Below are positions 55,073-64,000 of a DNA stretch of 64,000 nt, piece after piece. Each line of letters starts with the position of its first letter. Position 1 is the stretch's first letter. Made by a program: the position numbers and the translations under genes. The notes beneath the pieces were generated by a model. It was not told the origin of the DNA, did no database searches, and saw nothing but the letters and a program-made list of their open reading frames with translations. The stretch is from Eledone cirrhosa (Eukaryota): NCBI GenBank assembly GCA_964016885.1, contig OZ024747.1, positions 3,410,001-3,474,000 of the forward strand. Direction: 5' to 3'.

Positions 55073-57059
55073 TATGTATGTGCATGTGTGTTTTAATGTT
55101 AGTCATAGGAATAGTAACAATTTTCATGACATTGAAAGGCTTTCCTAACTCATGAAATTGATATGATCCAGCTGATGCCAAGCCTAAACTTATTTAAATT
55201 AATATCTACAGGAATACCTTGTGGTGTTTGGATTGTATTCCTGGCATTCTGAGTTTAAATCCTCCAGTAAACTTTGTCTTTCATACTTCTAGCATTGATA
55301 AATAAAGTCTAACATTCGAGCTAGGTCTTCTCTTTGAAGATACCCCCCTCTCCCTCTCACTAGTCACAGAAGCTCTGACACATTTGGAGCACTAAATAAA
55401 CAGTAAAGAAAAAATATAGTTTACATTAATTTTATAATAATTTCATTTATACAGTTCTGGTTATGTTTTACCAGGTTTCTGAAATCAGTGTATTACCTTC
55501 CATCAGACTTACAATACCTGAAAATTGTAATGTTACAGTTGTTTACTAAATAAAAGAAAGGAGGGTCAGGCTTTATTGATAGACATACCAAACCTGGTCA
55601 GATTCATCTGATCCAGTCAATGTGGAAACTTATAGAGGTGAATATATACACACAAAAAACACACTTCTTAGGAGATAACACTGGTTTAAATGCTTGTGAA
55701 AACTTTATTATAACATTATTAAAATCACCCCAAACCTCAATAGTGTTAGGAGGCTGATTCACTGAGGGAGAATACTGGCAAAATAAATAGATTTCAAAAC
55801 AGTTTATTGTTCCTTAGGAAAGGAAAATAAAAAAAAATGACCAACAAAAACCAACCGAGAATATATCTAAAAGGTAAGTGTTTATAAATCCCTTATTCTG
55901 TCATACACACATACACATACTTTATGATGATGATCATCATTTATATTTAGTTTTTCCATGCTATATATAATTACATAGCATATATCTATGTATGTATATA
56001 TGTGTGTATGTCTCTCTCTCTCTCTGTCTATATTATATATACATATATACATATACAGACACACTAACTCACACATAAACACACAAACCGACATGCGTAT
56101 ATTTGAAAGTGGTTTAAATATGTACATATGAGCATTGTATACGCATACATATACTCACACAAATACATACTAGCTAACATACACACACATACAAATTCCT
56201 TCATACACACGCATACAAAAAATCACCCAATTCTTTTGATTTTTGATTTTATACATAGTTTTTTACTATTTTTCTATTCCGTTTTTACATATTTTTTCTT
56301 CTAATTTTTGTCTTTATTTGTATTATTAATTTCATATTCCAACAGTAATATTCCAGTCTTTTGCTATACTTTTCACCACCACAAAACTAAACATCCTTTT
56401 AAACTGATCAACACAGAAATCATTCAAAGAATTCAATAAAATTGCCTAATTTTATTTATTCCTTTATATTTAATATACAACATCAACAGCAACAACAAAA
56501 ATCATTGGTAAAGAAAATAAAAAACAAAAAAAAAAGACACTGCTAACAACAAATAAATAAATATATAAATAAATATATAAATGAATAAATAACCGAAACA
56601 AATTAATCAATATAGGTTGGAGGAGAGGGAGGTTGGAAGGAGAAGGGGTGATCAATACTTCCCATTCCATGCCTATTGATCTCTCAATCTATGATATAAG
56701 TCTGTATTTCTTGTATAAAATGACAAGATTAGTAAAACAGAGAAACAAATGTAGGAGTAGAGGCATGTCTCCGTGGTGAAGAACTTCACCCCACAACTCA
56801 CCTCTTACTCTCTTGCAGTCACGTGATACCAGGTTTAGTCTCACTGTAACACCCTCTCATTGACCAATGCCTTGTGAGGGAAATGTGGGGGTAGATGTAA
56901 AGTGTGCAGAAGTCCGTTGCGTATATATATATATAAATATATATATAAATATATATATATATAAACCATACACAAAACGCCAGCACCAATAGTTTTGCAA
57001 GAGATGTCAACATGAATGGACCTGTTTTTTTTATCTAAAGATATTTTTTCCAATTCCAA

Positions 57060-57194
57060 CCCGCCCGTCCACTCAGTCTATTTTATTTCTAGTGTCCAAA
57101 ACGTTAAGACCCTCTTCCTGCTATATCAAGCGTTAACCTAATATATCCCTTCCATATACTGTACCGATTGTGTTGTTATTTCGGTTTGCCTTTT
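57060..57194 (+). mobile_element. Truncated relative of the 32240/33830 family (5' half of the hammerhead lost)
   Basis: aaacgttaagaccctcttcctgctatatcaagcgttaacctaatatatc matches the 33940-33990 segment. Ends in (TA)n. Confidence 0.45.
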
Positions 57195-57209
57195 ATATAT
57201 ATATATATA

Positions 57210-57342
<133 letters not shown>

Positions 57343-57451
57343 GTGTGCTCACACTCATATATTTATATATATATATATTAGGTATTAAATTAACAATGAA
57401 AATAATAAAAAAAACAAAGTCAAGTTATTTTACCTATTCATATAACTGTTT

Positions 57452-57544
57452 TACGATCGTTTCGGAGGGTTGACCATATGGTCTGATCTATAACTGTATA
57501 CTATTAGACCTCATATATAGGTTCGATCAGACCGTCTTCATCAG
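57452..57544 (-). ncRNA. Hammerhead-like core with long or rearranged helix II
   Basis: Minus strand: CTGATGA-AGAC-GGTCTGATC...GATCAGACC-ATATGGTCAACCCTCC-GAAAC-GATC-GTA. Helix III is palindromic (TACGATCGT on +). 9-bp inverted repeat at 57480-57488 / 57525-57533. Confidence 0.5.
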
Positions 57545-58975
57545 AATTAGCTCAGCGGAACACGAAACCTTACAATGGATTTCACTGGATTACTCGCCAT
57601 CGGTTTATATATATAACTGAAAAATGGCGTGCTGCGTTGTTGCGAATGTGATGCATATGAATAAAAAATAGAGCAAGAAACAGGACTGTCCATCATCAGT
57701 GATCTTCTGACTATCATCGGTATTTCTTCGCATTAAAGATCAGATACCTCAGAGTCAGTGCAAGCAATACCTAAAATAAGTTATTGGGACAAAGAATTCG
57801 GTGGAGAAAGAGAGACAGTAAACAAACAAATTGGAGATGCAACGTAAAGAGAGGAAATGAGAAACAAGTCAATGATACATGTGAACTTATACATAAGTAT
57901 GTGTGTTTATGTATGTATGCGTGTATGTATGTATTTATGTACATATATATATGCATGCGTTTGTGCATACATCTGTCGATGCCTGACTGTGCCCAATAAA
58001 AGAATCAAAGTGTAAGAAAAGGACACTTGAATTTAGGTGCCTATCTCCCAAAGTTGTTAAGAACACAGAGCTACATTTGTGTGTGGGGAAGGAAGTGCCA
58101 AATAGTTAAAAAAGAAATAACTTAAAAGAAAATAAACTTTATTAATAATTTTTCTTAATGATATTAGCTTGAATTAATTTAAAATACTGATGTTAAATCT
58201 TAGATTTTTGTGAATTACATTAACAGCTGTGCAGGTTTGCTTCTATTCATTTTTTGTTTGACAAAATTAAAAACTAAATTTATTTTGATTCAGATAATTT
58301 CAAAAGTAAAGGCATAAAATTTAATAAATATGTATTTTTATAGTTGTTGTTTTTTTTTTATTTAATTATTATTATTATTATTATTATTATTATTTTTAGT
58401 TTCATACAAAAAATAAATTTACATTTTAATAACATTTTCAATGAGTCATCGGTTTATGAAAATTTAGTCTTTGGTTTCTTGTTGGGATTTCATGGCAAGC
58501 AGAGTTTCCCATTTCCTATAGAAACTCTGTACTTCCTGCCACCACTGGCTAAAGTCAACCACACATGCTAACTATCTCACTTTCTAGGGCCATGGATGTT
58601 GCTTTCTCTCTGCCCCAATCTCTTTCTCTCCCTCTCTCGCCCTCTTTCTGCTTCCTTTCTTCCTTTCATTTTTTTACACCTCACCTATAAAACTCTCACT
58701 TTCTTCATTTTACTTCCTCTTTCATTCTTCATTGTTGTACTTTCTTTTCTCTCTCTCTGCTTCTCTTCACAACTTCCTCATTTTGTTACACCTCGCCAAT
58801 CAAACAGTCTTTCTATCTCACTCTCTACCATTTCACTTTCTTCTCTCTCTCTTTCTCTCTCTTTCATCTCTCTCTCGCTCTCTTTCATCTCTCTCTCTCT
58901 CTCGCTCTCTCTCTCTTTCTTCTCTTTCATTCTTTCTCCCCTCTCTACTTCTCTTCACAATTTCCTGTTCTACTC

Positions 58976-59021
<46 letters not shown>

Positions 59022-59213
59022 TTATCTTTCACTCTCATTCTTAGCATCTCTACATTTCTTACACCTCAACACCCAAACTCTCTTTTTCTCACACTCATCT
59101 CTCTCTCCTTTCACTTTATTTTTACAGTTCAATTCTTAAACTCTTTCTACCATTAACTTCTCCCCCCACCCCATCTATATATCTATATATATATTATATA
59201 TATATATACATAT

Positions 59214-59248
<35 letters not shown>

Positions 59249-59315
59249 CCTTTCTTTTTCTATCTCCCTAATTTCATTTCTACTATCCCTCTTTATAATA
59301 TTATTACTATAACAG

Positions 59316-59509
59316 TCACACCACATCCCAAATTGAATCACATAACATTGCCTGCACATAACCCCAGTGACAGGCATAGCTGCAGCAGCAGCAACAACAG
59401 CAGCAGTAGTAGTGGTAGTGACAGCAGCAGCAGCTGTGACTATAGAACTCTACTGCAGGATACACACATTTCAGCTAAACAACTCACTGGGAAGGATGTA
59501 CATGAATTG
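59316..59509 (+). CDS. Candidate exon (Ser-rich: TPHPKLNHITLPAHNPSDRHSCSSSNNSSSSSGSDSSSSCDYRTLLQDTHISAKQLTGKDVHEL); could instead be a 5' UTR exon
   Basis: Consensus donor TTG|GTAAGT at 59509/59510, weak acceptor ctataacag|, 64 open codons, locally GC-richer. No partner exon found in the window. Confidence 0.35.
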
Positions 59510-60455
59510 GTAAGTGGATGTTGTTATTACAAAACTATATAGCTATACATACATATATATAAACTCTCTTTCTCTCTCTCACACACACATACAGATCTTT
59601 GTACACATATACACACATACACATATATGTATACATACACACATACATGCATGCTTATATGAATATATATTTGTCTATATATACATTTTTATTTAAAAGT
59701 ATTTATATACACACACACACACACACACACATATATATGTCTATGATTCTCTCTCTATATATATATGTGTGTGTGTGTGTGAGTGTGCATATGCATGTGT
59801 GTATGGATGTGCATCTGTGAGTGTCTACATATGCACATACACATGCATCCATATATAATACATAAATAAATGTATATATATATAGATATAATATATAAAT
59901 GTATATATATATATAGATATAATACATACAAACATATATACACACATACATTCAGACAAATATAAAAACCAGATTAACAAGAAAGTAATTATATTTCCAT
60001 AGTTGACTGTTAGATGAGGAGAAGTGAAAAAGTAAAGTTTTTAACAGTCACCCTTCACTCGAAACATTTGGAATTGTGGAGTATCTGCCATCACCACAAT
60101 TATTTTCATCCTCATCATCATCACCATCATTATTATTATCATTACTGTCATCATCATCATTATCATCATATCATCACATCATAATCATCATCACCATCAT
60201 TGCCACCACCACCATCAACTTCACCATCAGTCTTATCATCATCAACACCATCATTAAAGTATGAGCAATATAACTTCTCTATAGATGACAACAATTGTAT
60301 CATAGATGTGTTCCTAGACTTTGTCTGATCAACTCAACTAAACTCTTCAGTCTTTTACCTAACTTTTGTAGCATTTAGTAAACTTTCCTCTCATCATCAA
60401 CAAAGATGGATTTGAAAAAGAGAGAAAGAAAAATTATATCACATGGTTCATTGTG

Positions 60456-64000
<3,545 letters not shown>

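Overview
AT-rich, microsatellite-dense eukaryotic DNA. The SINE families look like those of an Octopus/cephalopod genome (my inference, not a search result). Almost every entry in the ORF track is an artefact of (TA)n, (CA)n, (CT)n, (GGT)n, (ACT)n or minisatellite translation. The real coding signal is two phase-compatible spliced exons on + (41190-41328 and terminal exon 42738-42949) encoding a protein C-terminus with DSGHGS and YYEEL motifs, plus a weaker exon candidate at 59316-59509. The rest is two tRNA-derived SINE families, CR1- and RTE-like LINE remnants, mariner and MITE remnants, and four minisatellites. The most interesting signal is a set of short elements, mostly embedded in (TA)n, that carry minimal type-I hammerhead-ribozyme cores (CUGA[U/A]GA-helix II-GAAA-tiny helix III-NUH). 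There are four clear cores and about five doubtful or decayed ones, from several sequence families. Several sit in fold-back (inverted) structures and one is flanked by a 22-bp direct repeat. This looks like a diverse Penelope-like/retrozyme population.
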